From Takakia lepidozioides (Eukaryota; Plantae; Bryophyta), in NCBI GenBank assembly GCA_030704615.1, contig CM060731.1:87482001-87546000 (forward strand): a stretch of DNA of 64,000 bases. Reading direction: 5' to 3'. Positions 9,260-19,540 of the stretch are shown here, piece by piece. A model generated the notes under the pieces. The model was not told the origin of the DNA. It searched no databases and was given only the letters and a program-made list of their open reading frames with translations. Each line of letters begins with the position of its first letter. Position 1 is the stretch's first letter. The position numbers and the translations under genes were made by a program.

Positions 9260-11611
9260 GTATATGAAATACGTGCTCCTTCAGACAGGGGCCCTGGCTC
9301 AAGAGCCCCTTTCTTCATGGCTTGGACCGTGGCGGGCCAAGCTGTGTCTAAACACCCGAGATGCAGAAACAATGGCATCCCGCGCATCTCGTTGGATGCC
9401 CGTGGTACCTGGACATGTCTGGCGGTATTGTTGACGAGTCTGAGAAAGATCTGCACGCCTTGGCAGAAGAGAAGAGAAAGGAAAGACGTGTCCCTGCTGG
9501 GCCAAAGTCGGCAAAGGAATCTGCTGCTCTGGAAGAATCCAGAAAGGCAGCTGAGATGGCACAAAAGACGGTGGATGCAGCTGTGCAGGCCCAACAGAAG
9601 GGGTCGAAGAAGAGGACTCGCCAGCAAGGAGCAGCTATTGTGACACCCGCCAAAACGAAGAAGCAGAAACAGCCTGTTCAGGAAGAGGGTGAGGAAGAGG
9701 ACTCCGATGGAGACTTTGCAACCAGCCCACCCCCCAAACGCAGGCTGCCTCCCCTGTGCCCACCGTTGTCCACGAGAGGCACAAGAACTGGCTCGGCAAA
9801 GAAGGCACTCTTCAACCCCCCAGGGGGGCACCCTTTCGAGCCGGTGGAAATGAAGAGGCCGAAAGTGGCTCCCGAAACAGTAGTCCAGTGTGTAAATGAG
9901 AGTTTCTTGGCGGCTTTGGATGGACGGGCAGCCAAGTTGGCATACATGAAGACCATGGAGGGTCTGAAGGGCAGAGCACTGAAGAAGGCGACTGCCGAAG
10001 AGCCTTCCGACACCCCAGGATTTCAGAATATGGTCTCGTTCTTTGAGAGGGTGTGTGCAGACAAGGATTGTAGGAGGGGCGGAAATGCCACCGAGTGTCT
10101 TGCGATATGATCATCTTGGATATTCCGGACGGAGAGCCTGTGGAAGGACTGCAAGCTTTGCCATCTTGGAACAGGTACTCGGAGGACTTTTGGAAGAAAG
10201 GATTCGGGCTTGCCCGCATGGTGTTGGACGACAGAGGCTGTGTGGTTGTCCTGGCGAGCAGAGGAAAAAACACTCAGACAGGAATTGCGAAGTGGACCCG
10301 CAAGAGCGCCGTCCCGATTCTGAAAAAGAAGTGGACGTGCATCAACACACTAGGCCTTCGGTCGGAAGGGAAGAAGGTGATTACGACACTGGCACTCGTC
10401 CATTCATTTGCTTGGGTGTTTTCAAATGCGGTGCCGCATTCGGTTTCTAATCGTTTTCCCCCTGTGTATGCAGACGAAGCAGTTCGATGCATACTGCTTT
10501 GTGAAGGAGAACTCCACCTTTGCTTTCCGGAAGGAGGGAGGAAAGGTTGACCCGAACTGCGACCCCACTCGATTACGACGTTCTGTTCAACAACGTTCCC
10601 AAGGAACTTCTCCCTCATAGCCTCACTTCAACGGAACCCCTGCGGTACTCACGGACTCGGAGCCCTGCCTTCATTCAGACAATTATGGAGACATGCACAG
10701 ACGTGGAGGGCACAGTGCTCGACCCTCATCTGTGGGACAGGTATGCAGAATCTTGATCTATGCTGTTCTGCAAATTCTCGTTAGGATGTAGTTCGCAACA
10801 TCTGAAGCGCCATGTGGTAATGTGTGGATGGCATTGTAACAGGTGCCTCATGTGGGCTGGGCGGTTTTCCGACCGGCACCTCTTTGCCTACGAGGAGGAT
10901 TCATCCGTGTGGGGATCCCATCTGGAGGGGCTGCAACGGAATGTGAAGGCTCCCGACAGAGCGGAAGTCTCCTCGGATTCGTCGGAGTCCGAGGAAGACA
11001 CAGTGGACATTGATGCGGAGGAGAACCCGGAATACGAGTGAGTGCAAACATTGTAAGTTTGCAAAGCCTTCTGGGTCATTTATGTCAAACGAATTTCCCG
11101 ACTGTGGTTCTCATTAGTCTCGTTGATGATTGTCATGTGCAGGATTGCAGGGTCCGGGTCGAAACATGTAGGGCCTACACTTCCTGCCAGGAAGAATGTC
11201 CCGTTCTTTGCGAGGGCCGACTTCATGACGAGCCCGGTGAGGGACTACTCCCTTCCTAGTTATGCAGCTAAACTCGCAAATACAGCGATTAGAAGAAGTG
11301 AGAATCCCAGTAAAGTAGAGCAGATTTTGGAGAGGGCTAGGGAGGACAGAAGGATAAGGAAAGAGTTGGCAGCAGCTCAGACAGGTAGACGGGTACGAAA
11401 GTACATATGTGATTCAGCGGATGAGAGCGACGCAGACAGGGAGGAAGACGACCCAACGGAGGTGAGATGGACAGTTCCGCAAGGGGAAGATGGGATTTTC
11501 GAAAGCCTGGCCAACGAGCAGTCCGCTGGAGATGAGAAAGGCACTGAGGGGGTGGAGGCGGAGCAGGACAGTCTAGAACAGGATGAGGATTCGGATGATT
11601 TTCAAGATTAA
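9260..11611 (+). CDS. Spliced beta-class N6A/N4C DNA methyltransferase-like gene, copy B (5' end in the gap; several frameshifts)
   Basis: Lys-rich N-terminal region, then CDMIILDIPDG (DIPD at 10119-10130), VLDDRGCVVVL, TRSPAFIQTIMETCTDVEGTVLD.ICGT|GA..WAGRFSDRHLFAYE. GT-AG introns at 10377-10473, 10741-10842 and 11038-11142 are at the same positions as in copies A and C. Acidic tail ends at stop 11611. Confidence 0.7.
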
Positions 11612-11747
11612 TAGAATTTTAATGAAGTCTCTGTAAATGTAAATTCTCTTCAGAGTATATAAAGGAAATTCTGCCAGACATTCGTGACCCCTCTCCAGTG
11701 TGCATTCCAGCCACACAATCGCTCAAACCACGACGCTCCCAAAATCA

Positions 11748-12447
11748 GAAATGGGGCACCGCATTTCCAAAATTTTGGCAACTCTAAGAACCTCTTTTGG
11801 AAATGCGGCACCGCATTTCCAAAACAGGGGAGGGACTAAATTTTCCATTTCAATGTTGGCATAGTAAAAAGTAATCGGCCGATTGGAAATGCGGTGCCGC
11901 ATTTCCAAAATTTCCTTTGTCCACACGCCAGTTTTGGCCTCTCCCGCTCATTGCATGGATGCCACCACGCTTACAGAGGTCGAACAAGGAGGTCGAACAA
12001 GGAGGTCGAGATGGCGGAATTGAAAATGCGGTGCCGCATTTCATATTGGGGATGGTCGTTGTTCGAACTGCAGGCCCATCAGCAAAAATTGGCACCGCAT
12101 TCCATTGTAAAAAAAAAATCGATGACGGACATGGAAATGCGGCGCCGCATTTCCAGAACGGACATCGCAATTTGTCCATTTGCAGACCCTCTCTCGGAAA
12201 TGCGGTAACGCATTCCATCGCGCTGGTCGGAAATGTCACACTTTTCGAAGTGTTGGACGGAAATGCGGCACCGCATTCCCTTGTCCAAAAGAAGTTTCCA
12301 TTGCCAAGCTGAAAATGCGTCGCCGCATTTGCAATGCCAACCTCGTTTTCTGACCATTTATAGACCCGTGTTGGTATTTCGTGTACCTGGACGGAAATGA
12401 TGCACCCGCATTTTCTTGTCCGACATGGAAATGCGGTGCCGCATTTC
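11748..12447. repeat. Array of ~11 interspersed 22-bp palindromes (GGAAATGCGGCGCCGCATTTCC consensus)
   Basis: Copies start near 11748, 11799, 11885, 12021, 12083, 12133 (perfect), 12196, 12259, 12311, 12393 and 12427, separated by mostly dissimilar spacers of variable length. Confidence 0.9.
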
Positions 12448-12705
12448 AATGTCCGACATGGCGTTACTCTGGTATATTCTTGACACATGACTCACATACC
12501 GGTTACTCTGCTATATTCATCCGGACAGACACATTGTAGAAATGAGACATCAAATTGTAAAACAGTGGGCCAATTCCGACAGTTATTCAACACAATGAAA
12601 CACAATCATACAGAAGTGAGGTACGATGGGTTTATTGATCGGACACGATGTCTCACATTTACCAACTGCAGACAAAACTAAGCCCTTCCTCCTTCTACAT
12701 GGGCT

Positions 12706-13282
12706 TCACCAAGTCGACGGAACTTCGATACCCCTCAAAACAAGCTCATCACTGCTGCGGCACCTCGAGGTAAACTGCAATTCGGTCGTTCTGCTGCCCT
12801 TGCTGGAGCCGACGACAATGTCATGTCCTCAATGATACCACCATCATACATTGACAAGGTCACTGTGGGCCTCATGTGCCCGTGCGATTCGTCTTCGCAA
12901 CGCAGCCGAATGTCTCCATACACTGGAAGAGCGGAGTGATCTGCACGTATATAGTTTTCCCCGGTGCCGTCCTCCCTGGTCCACTGGCAGCAGTTCCAGC
13001 GCCAAAGCGAGGCCGTGCGTGATCTATCCGGCATCCCTTTCCAGCTTGGTATATCGAGGTCAACAATTTCAGGACCCACGGACCGCATTGACCCTCGCCC
13101 TCACCTCGCTCAAAGCGGTAATAGCCCTCCAGATACTCCATTGCGCGCAAAGACTCTTGCTTGATTCCAGCAGCGTCTGTGAAAACAGAGAGCCAGACAA
13201 TGATGTCTCCTGATTCTGGTTTGAACATAGCATAATCGTGGCCATGATAAGGGCAGTCGGCTGGATTTCGGCGGCACGACAT
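12706..13282 (-). CDS. Unknown ~190-aa protein, frameshifted paralog of 13833-14396
   Basis: MSCRRNPADCPYHGHDYAMF...SGDIIVW...RWNCCQWT...VYGDIRL...YDGGIIE...ELVLRGIEVPSTW*, assembled across about 2 frameshifts. Confidence 0.6.
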
Positions 13283-13832
13283 CCTTGAAAAAGAGTCGCG
13301 GAGTACGCTCAATGACAGCAGCTCCCGGATGGAGGAGGAGGACCGCGGTGGCTGGAAAAAGTTCAAGCTAACGCTGCAATTCCTCACAAACACTCCAGGG
13401 CACATTTAAATTTCCCCCCTACAGGATCCTGGACCGATGAAGATTGGCTGCTGCATGAATGTAGCCGTTTCAGTTTCCTACCCTGCCATGCAAACTATGA
13501 GCAGTCACTGCCAGGTGGGCCGATAGCCACTGGACACGACGAAGTCCATCCCCTCTTCGATGTAAATGCGGCGCCGAATTTCCATCCGGGGGGATGGACT
13601 TCAGTGGCAGATCTCAAACTATAACTTGTTGATGAGAAAGATGTATGGGTTCATCCACCGCTGGCGTGATGAACACGTTCCACCTCCGTCGGTGGGTACG
13701 TGTGACCCAGATGCTCCATTATTGGAGGCCGGACTGCTCTTCCGCTTCGCATCATTTCCAAAATCTAAGGGCTTCGTAGCTGTCCGCAAGGTCATCGGCA
13801 TCCAAGTCGTCCTCAGGTCCTCCTTTGCAAGG

Positions 13833-14396
13833 ATGCCGTGCTTCCGGAACCGGGACGACTGCCCATTTGGAGGCATCGATTATGCAATGTATTCGGCCAC
13901 ATCGGGAGACATTGTTATCTGGTACACAGATTACACAGAAGATACTGGTTCGATTGTGGAAACATTGGTGGCTTTTGAGTATATCGTAGGCCACTACGCC
14001 TTCGAGCGGGGTGACGATCTTGGTCTGAGGAGTCCGTGGCTCATGCGCATCCTCGATTCCGATTTTCCCAGCTACGACGGTCACCCATGCAGAAGAAGAC
14101 GCACTGCTATGCTGTTGCGGTGGAACTGCTGCCACTGGACGTGGGTGGACTCCATCGGAGAGACCTATTCTCCTGAAGGAGTGCGCTCCTCTTCTCCATT
14201 GTATGGGGACATTCGCATTGGTGTGGACGACGAAAACGTGAAGATTTCCATATTCGATGGTGGTATGATTGAAGGGCAGGACATTGTGGTGAACATCACT
14301 AGGGGCGGTACAATGGCTGCAATCGACTTTACATGGAGGAGCCCCATGACTCATGAGCTAGTTCTGAGAGCAGTCGAAGTCCCATTGACAACGTGA
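13833..14396 (+). CDS. Unknown 187-aa protein (element cargo)
   Basis: Uninterrupted ORF MPCFRNRDDCPFGGIDYAMY...RWNCCHWT...LYGDIRI...FDGGMIE...ELVLRAVEVPLTT*. Amino-acid conservation with the divergent paralog supports coding status. Confidence 0.7.
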   Translation: MPCFRNRDDCPFGGIDYAMYSATSGDIVIWYTDYTEDTGSIVETLVAFEYIVGHYAFERGDDLGLRSPWLMRILDSDFPSYDGHPCRRRRTAMLLRWNCCHWTWVDSIGETYSPEGVRSSSPLYGDIRIGVDDENVKISIFDGGMIEGQDIVVNITRGGTMAAIDFTWRSPMTHELVLRAVEVPLTT

Positions 14397-15489
14397 CTTG
14401 TATTCAGTAGGCACAGGGCTCAAGATTTGATGGCACAATCAGCACAGTAGACGTGCTTCAAATGCAATTCATGTGGATCAATAAAAACCTCATTGTGCCC
14501 TTTTTTTATTCTATTCTGTGTCCATCGTTCCGAGAATGCGTCATTGCTCATTTCGTTTGGGATTGGGAGTGTGGGTGGATTTTGCAAATGGCTGGTAGGC
14601 TGAAATGGGCCCCCATTGACAGAGCAGTACCACCCTACCATTCGCGAAACATTGCCTTTCAATATATAATTCTAAATAACATTGCCGAACCTCCTTCATC
14701 GGGAGGTCCTTCTCCCCCTATGACCGTGGCACCCTAAACCCTATTCCCGCGGACACTCATTTTCGGAAAATAGTGCTGCTCATGTTTTTTTCCACACTTA
14801 CGACTCTGCTCATGGCTCATGCCGCTCATGGCTCATGGCTCATGAAATAGCAGCCCCCAGCTATGGCTTTGCTTACCTCCTGGTGTAAGCTCTTTTCTTC
14901 CTGCCATGCTGTACTTTATGGATATTGTTTCCGTTCTTCTTCAGATTTATTATCTGGAGGTTTCTGTTTCTTGGCCTGAGTTCAGGTTACCGCAAGGGTA
15001 TCCACTACAGGGGTTACCACACTCACAGCTACACTCGGTCCGACTTCCATATTTCCCAATTCTGCCTCATGTTTGAGTCGCAACTGACATTCATGTTTCC
15101 AGTGTCCCTCTTGACTCGTGGTCATGTGCCTTAGTGGTACACGGCCCACGGACCCTCACTACTCCTTCTACTAGTAAAGCCTAGGCTACCGTGGCCGTGT
15201 GATATCGTGGTTCACGGCCCATGGCTGCTACACTACCCACTACTGCTCCTCGTGGTAGTGTGTCTCGTGCTTCGCTGCTGCTAAATGCTGAGCACTTAGC
15301 TTTTTCTGCCTCGTGGCCGGGTAGTGTGAAGTAAATCACTACCCGCCTTGTGGCTTCAGCTGAGGAGGGGTTGGATTCAAGTTGCCGTTTAGACCTCACC
15401 TCCTCAGCCAATGTAAACCCTAGTGTAAACTGAATGTAAACCCTGTCATCCACGGACTTTGAATAACTCGACACAACCAAGCAGTCTAG

Positions 15490-15712
15490 CACATTTATAA
15501 ACTTCTCATGTATCGCATTGAAACCAGATGGTTCTCACTCATTAACGCCGGCACCTATCAAGGTAGACCCCAAACCATACTGTCCCGCCGTGGTTACTCC
15601 CATGTACATGCCTTCGTTCACCTTGCACCTGCCCTACCAAGCTATGTTGGGACATCTTGCTTGTTCACGGTCTACCGATAAACGTCCCCCCCCCCCCCCC
15701 CCCCCCCCCCCC
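15490..15712 (+). mobile_element. Short LINE fragment related to 33690-33900
   Basis: aaaccagatggttctcactcatt... matches the reverse complement of the LINE near 33830-33880. Ends in a poly-C run. Confidence 0.7.
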
Positions 15713-15788
15713 GGCCCTCGTGGCACTGACACTTAGCCGTTATCATTTATTCCCCTCCCTCTTTTGAAATTGTGTCCGCACAATTTCG

Positions 15789-18320
15789 TCAGTTCCGGTG
15801 TTTGTTGTGTCTCTTGGGGATGTAGGGTGGTGGCATGCCCGTCTGCTGGTTGAGAAGTGTGTCCCAGGATGGTGATGGTCGTGGTGGCAACTTCTTGTTC
15901 CTATTGTCATCACTGTCTGGTTCCTCCTGTGGCTCGTGTGTGGGCCAGCTTTCTTCATCCGGGTAATCTGCTACTCCGTCCGTGCGTACCATGTCGATTT
16001 CGGTGGACAAAGTTTCTTGGTAGGTTTGCAGCTTCTCCTTGGTCCAGGGCACAATGTCTGCCATTAACCAGTTAACTGCTTGCGTCCCTGTCTCTTTGAA
16101 GGGGTGGTCCTTATCCAGTACCAACGGTGAAAAGTGGCCCTTTGCCTGGTGCCATGTTTCAACATATAGTGGTCTGTTCGTATATGCTGAAGTGCCTGAG
16201 ACTCTCTCTGGTGGCTGGAATTTGGGTAATTCCCAGTGAGTATCCTTGTCAATACTCTCATAGCGCTGCCAGCTTCTCCTCATTGTGACGAATATCATGT
16301 ACAGGTAGCTGCCAATATAAAAACTTGGGCAGCCCATTACCACATCCATTGCTGGGGTGGGGTTGATCTTCAATTGCCCCACTACCCACATGTAAGCTAC
16401 CAGCTCCTTGTACTCTAGGGGAGCCTGGCGCCAAAATTCAACCAATTCTGCCCCTGACCATGTCTCCTCCCTAGCCAGTGGCCTCATCCTGTATCTCAAA
16501 GGTATGAGCGTTTGATTGAGCAAATGCAATTGGCCCAATGACCTGCAGGGGGTTAAGGCCTTGAATACCTTCTCTAGCATCTCTGGGATTTGGTGGGCTA
16601 GGACTATCATCATTTTAAAGTATTCCTCTGAATACTTCAGCCACTCCCCATCCTACTTGCATGGCATGATTTGGAAATCATCCACTGCTACTAAAGTTGA
16701 TGCCACCAAAACACTTGGTAATGGTACGGGGTTTACCTCCTGAGTAGATGGCCATGTTGTGGCCTGTACCAGTGTCTGTTGACTTTGTGGTGGTTGTGTT
16801 GTTGGTGGTGTTTGTGGTGGTGTTGTTGTTGTTGATTGTATCGGTGCTTCTTGTTCATGGTCTTGCTCCTCTTGATCGTCCTCGTCCATGAGCTCATCTT
16901 GTTCTGGAATTGGTGGCAGGAATTCCTCGTGAATGTCTGTCACCAATTTTGCCAATTGACATTTCATTTGTTTTATCATTGCCCTATTGAGTTTCTTCGT
17001 TTCCAGTTCACTCCCTTCACTCAACCATGCTCGGGCCAAGGCTGCGTCTGCTGCGTCCAGCCCTGCTTACAGTGTCAGCTTCTCCAGCTGCTGCTTCCAT
17101 TCTTGTTTGTTGTTGATGGCAATTTCTCTTTCTATGTTGACTGTGAACAGCCTACTCTCCGCATTTTCCCTTTCTCTCAGTAGTACAGTTTTGCATGAGA
17201 GCCACTTGGTTCCCTGATCTTTGGCAGCCCTCAGTTTCTCCTTGAGTGCTTCCACCTGCCCCTTGAGTGTCTCCACCTCTGCCTCCATTTTTCGGGATCG
17301 TTCTCTTTATGCATCGAGGTCGGCTTCGACATTGTGTGTTTCGTCCTTCTGTCTTTGCCACTTCTGTTCCCACTCGTCTCAGCGTTCTATCAAGGTGCTG
17401 TAGTGGCGAAGCAAATTAGTCTGATGATCCTCCAATGATGCAATTGTAACCTCGTGGTTACATACTGTTCGTGCTGCTGCCAATTCCCTCTGGTGTTTTT
17501 CTTTGAGGTGGTCTATGACTGTGCTAAGGTTCTCCGGACTTATGTAATCCTTGCTTTGTCGTAATGAAGAACATAAGTGATACCCAACGTCATCCATCTT
17601 CTCTATTCTCTTCATCCGCACATGCCCTTGGCATCACTGTTTTCCACATTCATCCCCTCTAACTTCATCCTACCTCCGTCCGTTCATCGTTCGTTTGATA
17701 AACCCCTAGGGTTTTATTGGCACTTGTTTTCCCCTTACAGCTGTAAAGTACTCCTTTTTCTTAGAGTGAAAGTCCATTTTCACCAAGTCAGAACACTTAC
17801 TTCATTGATGCACCAGCTTGAGGTCCCTTCGTGATCGTGTCCATCTTTTGTTAGCTGCATCCTCGATCATGCAGATTCGCAGACTCCTCCATGTTTTCAG
17901 TATATGATTTGTCTTTGTACCCCTGGAATGTGTATGGCCCCTCCCAAGCAAGCTCAATTCCTTTGCGTTTCCCTGGTTTCAGCATCATGACGAGTTGTCC
18001 CTGCTCCAACGATTCCAAGCTGGAGTTACTGGTCCTCCGCGCTGCATAGCTTTCTTGCTGTTCCTTCTGCGCCTTGAGAACATTTTCGTGCAATGAGACG
18101 TCTATTTGAGCTAAGAGCTCAACTTTTTCTTTCATCATGGCGTTGATGGCATCTTCACTGTCTCGCATGTCCACCAATTTTGTGACTCTGCCCCATCGAT
18201 TGTCCACGTCCATGCGCAGTTCCCTGCCTGTGAGTACTTTGTAGGGGCTGAAGCGGGTTGATGTTTGCACTCCCACTCTGTACCCGAACAGTGCCTTGTA
18301 AAGGTCACGATCCCACTCAT
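15789..18320 (-). mobile_element. Decayed Gypsy 3' region: integrase C-terminus plus accessory coiled-coil ORFs
   Basis: EWDRDLYKALFGYRVGVQTSTRFSPY...WEGPY (integrase end, 17851-18320). Downstream ORFs resemble the accessory ORFs at 52907-55523 (EIAINNKQEWK vs EIAVNNKAWK; HQIPEMLE vs NQIPIMLD). Confidence 0.7.
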
Positions 18321-19540
18321 TGTTCCCTTGTGTGCTTAGCACTCTTATGCTTTGTTTGAGCAGCGGGAGGGAGGGACGAAACACGAGGTTTCTTGAGAGA
18401 GGGGGACAGAGATGGCAGGGGAATTGCCTTAGGAATGTGGAGATCTGTAGTCGAGATAAAAGGAGAAGAATCAGGACCCAAGAGCACAGGGGTAGCGGAA
18501 TCAATGACAACAGAAGGCACTGGGGGAGGACCGGCGGTTGGGCGGGACGAGTCCGAGTCGTCGAGCTTGGTATCCTCCCTTGAACGCTTGGCAGTGGCAG
18601 CCTTGGCCTTGGGGCAATCTGATTTCACATGCCCCTCCCCATTGCACAGAAAGCAAATCACAGTCAGTAACTCTTCCTGAAGTGCAACCACAATAAAAAG
18701 AGCCGTCCAAAGTAGGCAACTTGATAGATTCACCAATTTTAGCATCCTCAGGCATCAAGACGACGATTTTGGGAACCCCACTGTCCGACTTGTGACCGAA
18801 ATGATCCGTAACTGAATCAACGTTGATCACTTAGTGCGATTCTTGCCAAAGGACGATGTCTGTGTTTGAAGAGACCGGGGTAGGGGCCTGAGGACCAGCG
18901 CCCAGGATAGAGGGGGTATCAGCTTGCGCATTGCGACGGGATGACCAGATCCTTGACCTAGTGGAGGTGCCAGAATGCCTACGGCGGGAGGATTTGCCTC
19001 GGGAAGCCATGAAACGAAAATAGAAACACAAGCGTAGCCAAGGAGGAGAACACAGAGAGAGCAGTCAGAGTGGGGAGGAAGTGAGGGTAAGAGTGAGAGA
19101 GAGAGGGGCTTACACTTCCAACCGGGGCAGCTAGCGCGGGGAGCCAAGGAGTAAATGTCATGGCCGACATAAGCTGACACTGGCATTCCAGCCAAAGGGA
19201 GGCTCGGAGGGAGCACTGAGAGGCCAAGCGCCAAACGGAGGAGAGTGGAAGGAGAATCAATGCAATTGTGGGCGCACATTAGGAGCCTGCCTGGGAAAAT
19301 GCGTAAGGGAATCCTAAAGCGTGAGAGGGCAGAGCGTGATGATAATAGTAAAGAAGAAGAAATGAATGGAAGAATTGAGGAGGAGCCGTCAAAACATCCA
19401 GCCTTTCGAGAGGAGAGGGGGAGGCGAGGAGATCAAGGAAGGAGCACAAACGAAGGAGAGGGAGAAATCAGCGCACATAGGCGGGGCCGCCGCCAGGGGG
19501 CAAAAAACGCCTAAGTCCCTAGCTCGCATAGAGAGCGGGA
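18321..19540 (-). mobile_element. Probable LINE ORF1/gag-like 5' fragment with a CCHC zinc knuckle
   Basis: ICFLCNGEGHVKSDCPK followed by a Ser/Pro-rich tract. Pyrimidine-rich upstream region on the minus strand. Confidence 0.5.

Larger units (their letters stand above)
9215..14858 (+). mobile_element. Putative DNA transposon-like element, copy B (MTase-like gene, palindrome array, paralogous ORF pair)
   Basis: Ends in CTCATGAAATAGCAGCCCCC at 14858, the reverse complement of the 6186 terminus, preceded by repeated GCTCATG units. Confidence 0.65.

Noticed and set aside
8295-9831. Long ORFs of 288-399 aa
   Set aside because: They are open only because they run through 500 Ns.
11748-12447. Bona fide CRISPR array
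   Set aside because: Eukaryotic context, no cas genes, spacer lengths vary several-fold, and the repeats are degenerate full palindromes also found singly in an intron.
6186-14858. Bacterial contamination as the source of the MTase-like genes
   Set aside because: The copies have conserved spliceosomal GT-AG introns and are contiguous with plant PPR and retroelement sequence.
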